From an uncultured virus (IMG/VR IMGVR_UViG_3300025617_000008) (taxonomy: Duplodnaviria > Heunggongvirae > Uroviricota > Caudoviricetes), in the IMG/VR virus record IMGVR_UViG_3300025617_000008: a DNA stretch of 64,000 nt. One strand, written 5' to 3'. Under the pieces are notes generated by a model. The model was not told the DNA's origin and ran no database searches. It was given only the letters and a program-made list of their open reading frames with translations. Below are positions 16,161 through 24,270 of the stretch, piece by piece; positions within the stretch are counted from its first letter, which is position 1; each line of letters starts with the position of its first letter. The position numbers and the translations under genes were made by a program.

Positions 16161-16525
16161 TGGAATTTAAAGATGTACCGTGGAATGATGTTCTTATTGA
16201 TACTAGAGAGTTCACTGTATTTAAAGACGGCTTCCCAGTAACAGAAGGACATATTCTTTTTGTTCCTAAGTTAGAAGACTGGGATCACTTAGCAAAATGT
16301 TATAAAGCCGCATACGCTTGGGGATACGATTGGGTACAAAAAGGGTATTGCGATGCTTATAATATTGGTCAAAACATTGGCACAGAAGCAGGGCAAACTG
16401 TAGAGTACGCTCATGTACATCTTATTCCCCGTCGCAAAGGCGACATGGATGATCCACGTGGCGGTGTACGTCACGTAATACCAGAAAAAGGCAACTATAG
16501 AAAAGGAGATAGTAATGGCTTATAG
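16160..16525 (+). CDS. HIT family nucleotide hydrolase
   Basis: FPVTEGHILFVPK; AGQTVEYAHVHLIPRRKGD (first triad His replaced by Tyr). Confidence 0.85.
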   Translation: MEFKDVPWNDVLIDTREFTVFKDGFPVTEGHILFVPKLEDWDHLAKCYKAAYAWGYDWVQKGYCDAYNIGQNIGTEAGQTVEYAHVHLIPRRKGDMDDPRGGVRHVIPEKGNYRKGDSNGL

Positions 16526-16721
16526 TAAAGAAATGATAATTGAAGCAATGATTAAACACGCAGAAGGACATATTGCTAAACACAAAGCAAACGTTGAAGT
16601 GTACTTCCATAATGCGGCAGGTGTTGGTGAACATCCTGATATTCTTGAAGCAATTGAAAAAGAACTAAACATCGTAGCAGAATACGATGATCAAATTGAA
16701 ATGCTTAAGAAATATTTTTAA
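16515..16721 (+). CDS. Small helical hypothetical phage protein
   Basis: AGGAGA RBS; AGVGEHPDILEAIEKEL. Confidence 0.75.
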   Translation: MAYSKEMIIEAMIKHAEGHIAKHKANVEVYFHNAAGVGEHPDILEAIEKELNIVAEYDDQIEMLKKYF

Positions 16722-16722
16722 T

Positions 16723-17544
16723 ATGGGTACTACTGTTTTTTTAGGCGACAGTCATACCTGCGGATATGATTCCATACCAGGGAAAGTTGGTCCTGGTAGT
16801 TATTCCATGTGGAATGACAATAATTACGCAGAACTATATGGCCTAGAACATAACAAAAAAACAGCTATATACGCTGTTCCAGGATCTTGTAATAGAGTTT
16901 ATCCAGACTGGCTTAAATCTATGTTTGATAGATATCCAGATACTGATGAAGTATTTGTATTGCTATCATCATGGAATAGATTTTTACTGGCAGGAAATAA
17001 AACATTATCTCCTGATACATTACCAGTAGATTATTTTACTAAAAAAGTTACTGAAAAACACAACGGTTTAATTGATATCTATCAAGATGAACTTTTTAAA
17101 GATGATAGATTTCAATTGTATAATAAACCGCACCAAGGCGATTTTCAACAAGGTGTTGGTGTTCAGTTTAGTTATGATAATGCTCTATTAGATCCTGATA
17201 TTAGAAAAGATAGTTTTATGAAAGTAAAACTATTCTTTGATCTAAATACACACCTAGAACAAAGAGATTTTTTCAAAGATATATATGTTATGGATAGAAT
17301 GTGTGCTGAACGTAACTGTGCGTTATACTTTTTTAATATGACTGATAGAATGACATTTCCTGAGAACTTTAACTTCTACGGTGATTTAAAAGTAACTTCA
17401 GTTTCTCCAGTTACAGTTGAACAATATTTTAAAAAGAAATTTATTGATCATAAAAAATATTTTTTGGCAGACGGAGAACACTACAATAAAGAGTATCACA
17501 AATTAATTGGAGAGGATTTCTTAGAGTGGCTGAAAAATTACTAA
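16723..17544 (+). CDS. SGNH/GDSL hydrolase-like protein
   Basis: FLGDSHTCG at the N-terminus and DGEHYN at the C-terminus. Confidence 0.65.
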   Translation: MGTTVFLGDSHTCGYDSIPGKVGPGSYSMWNDNNYAELYGLEHNKKTAIYAVPGSCNRVYPDWLKSMFDRYPDTDEVFVLLSSWNRFLLAGNKTLSPDTLPVDYFTKKVTEKHNGLIDIYQDELFKDDRFQLYNKPHQGDFQQGVGVQFSYDNALLDPDIRKDSFMKVKLFFDLNTHLEQRDFFKDIYVMDRMCAERNCALYFFNMTDRMTFPENFNFYGDLKVTSVSPVTVEQYFKKKFIDHKKYFLADGEHYNKEYHKLIGEDFLEWLKNY

Positions 17545-18119
17545 TTGCTGGAGATAGTTTTGCCGCTAGATATCCAGATGATACAGGTAAAGGATGGCCT
17601 TTACTGCTTCGCGAACAATACGAAGTTACTAATGTAGCACAAGCAGGCGTTAGCGAATATAAAATTCTAAAACAACTAAAAAACTTTACTACTGTTGGTC
17701 AATTTAAGGCTGTGGTTATATGTCATACTAGTCCTTATAGAGTACATACAAGAAAAAGTATACATTCAACAGAACTACATAAAGATTGTGATTTACTACT
17801 ATCAGATGTAGAAGCAAAGAAATTTACATTAAGTCCAGCAATATTATCAGCAAAAGGTTATTTTAAACATCATTTTGATCCTGATTACTACGATGATATG
17901 TATAGATTAATTAGACAAGAAATAAATTATATCACTAGATATGTTCCTACGCTACACATTGATCATTTTGACACAGCATTAAAACATGCGCAAGAAAAAA
18001 ATTGTCTTGACTTATCAGCGATGTGGCCGTATTATAAAGGCAACATCAATCATTATACCGGCGAAGGAAATCAAATAGTGTGTGCTAGAGTAACAGAAAA
18101 ATTAAAGGATTTAAAATGA
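17526..18119 (+). CDS. SGNH/GDSL hydrolase-like protein
   Basis: IAGDSFA, NVAQAGVS, NHYTGEGN. Confidence 0.65.
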   Translation: MAEKLLIAGDSFAARYPDDTGKGWPLLLREQYEVTNVAQAGVSEYKILKQLKNFTTVGQFKAVVICHTSPYRVHTRKSIHSTELHKDCDLLLSDVEAKKFTLSPAILSAKGYFKHHFDPDYYDDMYRLIRQEINYITRYVPTLHIDHFDTALKHAQEKNCLDLSAMWPYYKGNINHYTGEGNQIVCARVTEKLKDLK

Positions 18120-18313
18120 GTGAATATCCAAAAAAGACCGGTGACAATAGTTGGGTTATTGAAGTTAAAGAAGACGGCAAAACCAAAGAATTGTATATTG
18201 AATTTCCTCCAGGAGCTCTTGATCAAGTGGGTTGGGACATCGGTGACGATTTAATTTGGGAAGAATTAGATGATAAGCGATGGCAAATATCTAAAAAAGA
18301 ACTTGACAAATAA
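18116..18313 (+). CDS. AbrB/MazE-like DNA-binding protein
   Basis: LYIEFPPGALDQVGWDIGDDLIW swapped-hairpin pattern. Confidence 0.65.
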   Translation: MSEYPKKTGDNSWVIEVKEDGKTKELYIEFPPGALDQVGWDIGDDLIWEELDDKRWQISKKELDK

Positions 18314-18331
18314 GCACAAAAAAGGTATAAT
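18303..18331 (+). promoter_or_regulatory. Perfect sigma70 consensus promoter
   Basis: TTGACA-17 nt-TATAAT, 6 nt upstream of the queE ATG. Confidence 0.88.
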
Positions 18332-18337
18332 AGTATA

Positions 18338-19258
18338 ATGACAATAGCAACTGATAAGAAATATTACTTTAGCGAAATCTTTCACAGTATTCAAGGTGAA
18401 GGACACTATACAGGTGTGCCCACTGCGTGGATACGTTTCTTCTTGTGTAATTTACAGTGTAACGGCTTTGGACAGATCGATCCTACTAATCCTGATACTT
18501 ATGATTTGCCATTTGAGCAATTTGACACAAGCACAGTGAAACGTGTTGAAGATTTGCCTGTATGGGACAAAGGTTGCGATAGTAGTTATACTTGGTCAAA
18601 GAAGTTTAAACACCTGATGGGGCAGAAGACTGCTGTTGAACTATCACATCAAATTATTGATACAATTAGAACAGACAGTAATCCAGATGGGTTGTTTCTA
18701 CATCCTGTTACAGGACAAAGACAGCACTTCTGTGTAACAGGTGGTGAACCTCTAATGAAACACGGTCAAGAAGCATTCATTGGTATCATGACTGAATTTA
18801 AGCGTCTTGGTAATATGCCTGCTAGTGTTACATTTGAAACTAACGGTACACAAGTACTTACACAAGAGTTTAAGGACTTTTGGCACGTTGATAACGAAGT
18901 TACTAAAGATGTTGAGTTGTTCTTTAGTGTATCACCTAAGTTGTGGAGTGTGGCAGGTGAACAGGCAAAGAAAGCAATCAAGCCTGAAACTGTAGCACAG
19001 TACAGAAGTTTAAGTGATAAAGGACAACTAAAATTTGTTGTAGGCAGTGAACAAGAACAATGGGATGAGATGGAAAGTGTTATCTCACAATTTAAGGAGC
19101 ACGATGTGGATTATCCTGTATGGGTTATGCCTGTTGGTGCTAGAGAAGAAGAACAAACAGCAACAGCCGGTGCTGTGGCTAAGATGGCATTTGAACGTGG
19201 ATACAATGTAGCCGCAAGGGTACACGTATACTTGTTTGGTAATGCTATCGGAACATAA
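18338..19258 (+). CDS. queE: 7-carboxy-7-deazaguanine synthase (radical SAM)
   Basis: EIFHSIQGEG, CNLQC...GCDS, VTGGEPL, ETNGT, SVSPKL, LKFVV, RVH. Confidence 0.9.
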   Translation: MTIATDKKYYFSEIFHSIQGEGHYTGVPTAWIRFFLCNLQCNGFGQIDPTNPDTYDLPFEQFDTSTVKRVEDLPVWDKGCDSSYTWSKKFKHLMGQKTAVELSHQIIDTIRTDSNPDGLFLHPVTGQRQHFCVTGGEPLMKHGQEAFIGIMTEFKRLGNMPASVTFETNGTQVLTQEFKDFWHVDNEVTKDVELFFSVSPKLWSVAGEQAKKAIKPETVAQYRSLSDKGQLKFVVGSEQEQWDEMESVISQFKEHDVDYPVWVMPVGAREEEQTATAGAVAKMAFERGYNVAARVHVYLFGNAIGT

Positions 19259-19267
19259 GGAATAGGT

Positions 19268-19651
19268 ATGGACTTTATAAAGAAAATATTTAAAAAAGAA
19301 GAAGCTAAAAAGACTAATAAGTCGCCGCAGGATGAACATCGTGAACTGTTAGAAAAGCAAAAGAAAGCGGCAACTAAAAAGAAAGAACCTTGGGTTGCTG
19401 TACTTGACACACAGGTAAATCCAGAAAATATTAAAAATGGATTCTTTGAGCTTGACTGGAACGAGTTTTTCGTGTTAAAATTAAGACAAGAGGGTTACGG
19501 TTATGATGGAGACCCCGAAGAAGAAATTGTAGATAGATGGTTTAAAGATCTTGCTCGAAACATCCTTGAAGATCAAGGCGAAGAAACAAAAGTAGACGCA
19601 GGATTTATAAATGTTGTACCAATAGAGAAAGGTAAATCGGAAGTATCATGA
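19268..19651 (+). CDS. Hypothetical protein
   Basis: 127 aa; FFELDWNEFFV...EEIVDRWF. Confidence 0.75.
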   Translation: MDFIKKIFKKEEAKKTNKSPQDEHRELLEKQKKAATKKKEPWVAVLDTQVNPENIKNGFFELDWNEFFVLKLRQEGYGYDGDPEEEIVDRWFKDLARNILEDQGEETKVDAGFINVVPIEKGKSEVS

Positions 19652-20637
19652 GCACATATATTCTAGTAGACACAGCAAACACATTTTTTCGTGCTAGGCA
19701 TGTAGTAAGAGGAGATGCTGATATTAAAATTGGCATGGCTTTTCATATTACATTAAACAGTATTCGTAAAGCATGGAAAGACTTTAATGGCGATCACGTT
19801 GTGTTCTGTCTAGAAGGGCGAAGCTGGCGTAAAGATCATTACGAGCCGTATAAACGCAATCGTAGTGAAGCAAGAGCCGCACTAACTGAAAAAGAACAAG
19901 AAGAAGATAAACTGTTTTGGGAAGCCTTTGATACATTCAAAGACTTTATTAACGAAAAGACAAACTGTAGTGTCTTACAAAATTCGCAATTAGAAGCAGA
20001 CGATTTAATTGCTGGATGGACTCAAAGTCATCCTAATGATGATCATGTTATTATTAGTACAGACAGTGACTTTGAGCAACTTATCGCTCCGAATGTTAAA
20101 CAGTATAACGGTGTTAGCGAAACAACTATAACCCATGAAGGATATTTTGATGCCAAAGGACAACCAGTCAAAGACAAAAAAACAGGAGAGCCTAAAAAAG
20201 CCCCAAACCCAGAGTGGCTACTCTTCCAAAAGTGTATGCGAGGAGACACAAGTGACAACGTTTTCTCAGCTTATCCGGGAGTTAGAACGAAGGGATCAAG
20301 AAACAAAGTCGGACTAACTGAAGCGTTTGAAGATCGTGCTTCTAAAGGTTTTAACTGGAATAACTTAATGTTACAACGCTGGACTGATCACAATGGAGAA
20401 GAACATCGTGTACTTGAAGACTATGAACGCAATCAAGTACTTATTGATCTTACACGTCAACCCGATAACATTAAAGAAATTATAGCAAACACTATTGCTG
20501 AAAATATTGAAGAAAATAAAAACATTAGTCAAGTAGGTATTAGACTTATGAAGTTTTGTAACTTGTTTGATCTACAAAAAATTGCCGATCAAGCACAGAG
20601 TTATGCTGAACCATTAAATGCGAGGTATCCACAATGA
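19648..20637 (+). CDS. rnh: T4 RNase H-like 5'-3' exonuclease (FEN family)
   Basis: ILVD, WRKDHYEPYKRNR, EADDLIA, IISTDSDF, GDTSDNV. Confidence 0.9.
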   Translation: MSTYILVDTANTFFRARHVVRGDADIKIGMAFHITLNSIRKAWKDFNGDHVVFCLEGRSWRKDHYEPYKRNRSEARAALTEKEQEEDKLFWEAFDTFKDFINEKTNCSVLQNSQLEADDLIAGWTQSHPNDDHVIISTDSDFEQLIAPNVKQYNGVSETTITHEGYFDAKGQPVKDKKTGEPKKAPNPEWLLFQKCMRGDTSDNVFSAYPGVRTKGSRNKVGLTEAFEDRASKGFNWNNLMLQRWTDHNGEEHRVLEDYERNQVLIDLTRQPDNIKEIIANTIAENIEENKNISQVGIRLMKFCNLFDLQKIADQAQSYAEPLNARYPQ

Positions 20638-21107
20638 CAACATTGATTGCTAAACCAATTATTGAAAACAAATTTTGGATTGTTGAACAAGACGGTGAAA
20701 AATTTGCTACACTTAGAAAAGACGAAACACGGTTTGTAATGAGTAATGAAAACGGTGTACAGTTTTTTCCAAACCGTAAAAGTGTTTTACAACAATTTGG
20801 AAAAGACTTTTTTGTTGTAAAAATTAAAAAAGAAGCAGATGATGCTCAGCCTAACGAAGTTCATGGGTATTCAACTAGCACTTCTCCGCACAACAGTATG
20901 TTTGATATTAAAAAGAAACTTCCGCTCTTTACAAAAAGTAAAGATTCAAAGAGTTTGTATTGTGCTGGTTATTACACTATTAGATTCGATAAAGGCTGGG
21001 TTAAATCATTTTGTCCTAAACTAATTACACTACAACGCTATGACTACAAAGGTCCATATAAAACAGAAATGGAAATGCGTTCAGTATTATCAAAGGTTTC
21101 TAAATGA
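20634..21107 (+). CDS. Hypothetical protein
   Basis: 157 aa, ATGA-coupled. Confidence 0.75.
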   Translation: MTTLIAKPIIENKFWIVEQDGEKFATLRKDETRFVMSNENGVQFFPNRKSVLQQFGKDFFVVKIKKEADDAQPNEVHGYSTSTSPHNSMFDIKKKLPLFTKSKDSKSLYCAGYYTIRFDKGWVKSFCPKLITLQRYDYKGPYKTEMEMRSVLSKVSK

Positions 21108-21346
21108 GTAACTTACCAGACAGGATGCCTAGTATTGAAAAACTAGTTCAGCGTATTAGAACAGCTGAAAAAGCAAATCAAAAAGAAATCAAAATTTTAC
21201 TTCAAGAAGGTAAAGAGCTAGTATACGATTTAGCACTTATTTCTTCTAAATTATCACAAACTGTTAATGAAATAAACACTAAATTAAACAGTTTATCTGT
21301 AGCAGAACAATCTATAGATGTCAAGATGGACGGCGGCGAGTTTTAA
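21104..21346 (+). CDS. Hypothetical coiled-coil protein
   Basis: 80 aa, ATGA-coupled. Confidence 0.7.
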   Translation: MSNLPDRMPSIEKLVQRIRTAEKANQKEIKILLQEGKELVYDLALISSKLSQTVNEINTKLNSLSVAEQSIDVKMDGGEF

Positions 21347-21351
21347 AAAGA

Positions 21352-21390
21352 TAAATATATGCGTAGTTAATTAAAAGGATTACGTATATA
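21352..21390 (+). promoter_or_regulatory. Late promoter core within a hairpin over the initiation region
   Basis: TAAATA 21352-21357; TATATGCGTAG (21356-21366) pairs with TTACGTATATA (21380-21390). Confidence 0.55.
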
Positions 21391-21392
21391 AA

Positions 21393-21695
21393 ATGAGTAG
21401 ACCAAAGCCAAAAGTCTTGTTAGAATTTGCTAATAAAGACAATTATAAAGTAGAACAGATTCTCGAAGCAGAAGCAATCTGGGCAGTGTTTTATCAAGGT
21501 TCTCCTTTCAATTTAAAGAGCGGCAGTCTAGTTACAAGCTATCCAGGACCAAAGTATAAAAAAGTTAGTTTTTCTAATCCCGGACACGCACATAACTTGG
21601 CTAGAAAATTGAATAGAATGTTTAAAACAGAAAGCTTCGAAGTTGTAAGATTGACCAAAGGCGAAGTGCTTAAAAGTGATGATCAACAAAGATGA
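21393..21695 (+). CDS. Hypothetical protein
   Basis: 100 aa (MSRPKPKVLLE...GPKYKKVSFSNPGHAHNLARKLN). Confidence 0.75.
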   Translation: MSRPKPKVLLEFANKDNYKVEQILEAEAIWAVFYQGSPFNLKSGSLVTSYPGPKYKKVSFSNPGHAHNLARKLNRMFKTESFEVVRLTKGEVLKSDDQQR

Positions 21696-22068
21696 TTATA
21701 CTAAAAAATTTTTACAAGCCGCTGATATTACTCCCGACGAAAATCTAGTTAAAGAGAAAACTGTTGAATGGTGGTACAATCTTCGATCTAAAGAGTCTGG
21801 TGGATTACGTTTGACAAAATTAGGTCTTGACTTTGTTATAAAAGATGCTAAACTTAAATCATATAACATTAAGTTTCCAGGAAAGTTTACCGTCACGCCT
21901 CAAATCTTAGTTTGGTTAGATAAATTTATCGAAACACCATACTTTATAACCAAAAAGGATATTACTGTTTTTTCAGAAAGAGCCGCATTTGAACTGTACT
22001 TATTCAGTGGAGATGTAAAGAAATTCGGTTATACACGAGCATTACGACAACGAATGATCCAGGATTAA
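21676..22068 (+). CDS. Hypothetical protein
   Basis: 130-aa ORF in the operon. Confidence 0.7.
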   Translation: MMINKDDYTKKFLQAADITPDENLVKEKTVEWWYNLRSKESGGLRLTKLGLDFVIKDAKLKSYNIKFPGKFTVTPQILVWLDKFIETPYFITKKDITVFSERAAFELYLFSGDVKKFGYTRALRQRMIQD

Positions 22069-22103
22069 ACAATCATTAACTACTATTATTTAAATACAAT
22101 ACT

Positions 22104-22361
22104 ATGTTAGACATATCGCCATTAAGTATATTGAAAAGACGTAGGCTCCAATGGGCGCCTAAAACTTTTCACATGTTTGATCTAGGTAACAATGAGTATC
22201 TTTGGGATACTACTGTGTCAGATTGGATAGACTATAAACTTAAAGGACGATATTGTCTAGTCCACTTAGAAGGTTCAACAGGTACAAGTACTTTTGTTGG
22301 ATTCGAAGATGAAAAAGAGTTAACATATTTTATGTTAGCCTGTCCATATACAAGGAGATAA
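22104..22361 (+). CDS. Hypothetical protein
   Basis: 85 aa; TAAATA at 22091-22096. Confidence 0.7.
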   Translation: MLDISPLSILKRRRLQWAPKTFHMFDLGNNEYLWDTTVSDWIDYKLKGRYCLVHLEGSTGTSTFVGFEDEKELTYFMLACPYTRR

Positions 22362-22364
22362 ACT

Positions 22365-22649
22365 ATGACAGATGAAGCAAAAACCGCAGAAGCCGCTCAA
22401 CAAGCTCAGCCAGCCGCTGAAGGTCAGGCACCTGCTGAATTAACTATTAATGACCTTAATGCTATTAAAACAATTATTGACGTAGCATCTACACGTGGCG
22501 CTTTTAGAGCAAACGAAATGGAATCTGTTGGTAAAGTGTTTAATAAACTGAATTCATTTTTAGAATCAGTTACACCAAAACAACCAGCTGAAGGTGAAGC
22601 ACCAGCTCAAGCACCAGCAGAACAACCAGCGGCTAAACCAGCGCAATAA
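22365..22649 (+). CDS. Hypothetical protein with Ala/Pro/Gln-rich termini
   Basis: AGGAGA RBS; core ELTINDLNAIKTIIDVASTRGAFRANEM. Confidence 0.75.
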   Translation: MTDEAKTAEAAQQAQPAAEGQAPAELTINDLNAIKTIIDVASTRGAFRANEMESVGKVFNKLNSFLESVTPKQPAEGEAPAQAPAEQPAAKPAQ

Positions 22650-22659
22650 GGAGAAACTT

Positions 22660-23283
22660 ATGGCTAAAAATTTAAAGCATACAGGTAAAATGAATAACAA
22701 CGGTGCTAAATGTTTAATAGCATACCGTACACTACCTGGTGAATCAGACCAAGCACTAGTTGTTGACGTTGCTCGTTTAACAGACGCACAACACGACGAA
22801 CTAATGAAAGTTGTAGAAAGTAATCAAGCACAATCAGCAAATGAACTTGCTGATGTTCTTTCAAGACGTTATTTTCCAGACGGTAGACAAATGCTTATGG
22901 CATTACATACAGATGGTAGATTGAAAAAAGTTGGAACTAGTCAAGTTACTGTAACTCCAACTCCTTCTGATACAGTTGTACTAAGCGAACTTAATCAAAT
23001 GATTGCTGAACAAAAAGGCGTTACAGTTGATCAATTAGCAGTAACTGAAACAGAAGAAACAGTTGCTACTGCTCAAGATGTAAAGTCTACAGCTGAACAA
23101 GCACCAACACAAGTACAGCAAGATCCTAATCAGCCATTAAGTGATGAAGATTTAGCAAAGTCTTATCGTTCACAAGCAGATAGACTAAGCAAAGAAGCCG
23201 CGGCACTAAGACGCCAAGCTGAAGAGCTAGTACCAACAAAGAAGAAAACTGTTACAAAGAAAAAAGAAGATGTAAGTGCGTAA
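22660..23283 (+). CDS. Hypothetical protein
   Basis: AGGAGA RBS before ATG 22660 (MAKNLKHTG...). Confidence 0.75.
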   Translation: MAKNLKHTGKMNNNGAKCLIAYRTLPGESDQALVVDVARLTDAQHDELMKVVESNQAQSANELADVLSRRYFPDGRQMLMALHTDGRLKKVGTSQVTVTPTPSDTVVLSELNQMIAEQKGVTVDQLAVTETEETVATAQDVKSTAEQAPTQVQQDPNQPLSDEDLAKSYRSQADRLSKEAAALRRQAEELVPTKKKTVTKKKEDVSA

Positions 23284-23590
23284 AAAAAGTATCCGACCGC
23301 CTAAAAATTTAATTGAAGAATGGCCGGAAGTTTTCGAACACATCTACATGAACAGCATGCCTATTAGGTATATTCACGGTGTTGAGTTAAAGTTTAAAGA
23401 CGGACGTATATGGGAGGTTGACATTACTGAGCAATTACCTTTTGCTGAAGAAAAGGATATAGTTGCTAAGTTAATGTCGGCCCTTAAAGAAGTATCACAA
23501 GAAGTCGAACAAGTAAACTTTAATATTAATGTCAAAAAACTAAAAAACGATATAGAAGATCAAACAAAAAATATTATGAGGGACGCATGA
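23276..23590 (+). CDS. Hypothetical protein
   Basis: 104 aa, GTG start overlapping the upstream gene. Confidence 0.65.
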   Translation: MRKKSIRPPKNLIEEWPEVFEHIYMNSMPIRYIHGVELKFKDGRIWEVDITEQLPFAEEKDIVAKLMSALKEVSQEVEQVNFNINVKKLKNDIEDQTKNIMRDA

Positions 23591-24270
23591 CCAACGTAAA
23601 ACTAGTATCATATTCAAAGCCATCACAAGAGTTTATGGATGACGGTATCATAAACGCACAAGAACTAATTGCGTTTTGTGCTAGAGTAAGTAATCCTAGC
23701 AACCAAATGAACAAGGAAACTAGTGAAAAACTAATCAAATACTTGATCAAACACGCACACTGGTCACCACTTGAAATGGTCAGTGCTTGTTTAGAAATTG
23801 ATACTACTCGCGACATTGCTCATCAAATTGTACGCCATCGTAGTTTTAGTTTCCAAGAGTTTAGTCAGCGTTATGCTGATCCAGCAGAATTTGGTGACCA
23901 ATTTGTGCTACGTGAAGCAAGATTACAAGATACAAAGAATAGACAAAACTCAATTGAATTAGGTACTACACAACAAGAAATGAATCTAATTAACGATTGG
24001 GAATCACAACAACAAAAAGTCATTGATGCCGCAAAAGAAGCATATGAATGGGCCATTGAAAACGGTATTGCTAAAGAACAAGCCCGCGCTGTACTACCAG
24101 AAGGTTGTACTAAAACACGTTTGTATATGAATGGTACACTACGAAGTTGGGTACACTACATCGAACTACGTGGTGCTAATGGTACACAAAAAGAGCATAT
24201 GGACATTGCTCATGCTTGTGCTAATGTTATTTCTGAGATATTTCCATTGGCAAAGGATTTGACTCTTTAA
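23587..24270 (+). CDS. thyX: Flavin-dependent thymidylate synthase
   Basis: HWSPLEM, RHRSFSFQEFSQRY (RHRx7S), EQARAVLP. Confidence 0.96.
   Translation: MTNVKLVSYSKPSQEFMDDGIINAQELIAFCARVSNPSNQMNKETSEKLIKYLIKHAHWSPLEMVSACLEIDTTRDIAHQIVRHRSFSFQEFSQRYADPAEFGDQFVLREARLQDTKNRQNSIELGTTQQEMNLINDWESQQQKVIDAAKEAYEWAIENGIAKEQARAVLPEGCTKTRLYMNGTLRSWVHYIELRGANGTQKEHMDIAHACANVISEIFPLAKDLTL

Noticed and set aside
20135..20317. Alternative-frame 60-aa ORF inside rnh with SD-like sequences
   Set aside because: No signal peptide or motif; the purine-rich SD-like words are explained by rnh codons. Much weaker than the 11252 case.
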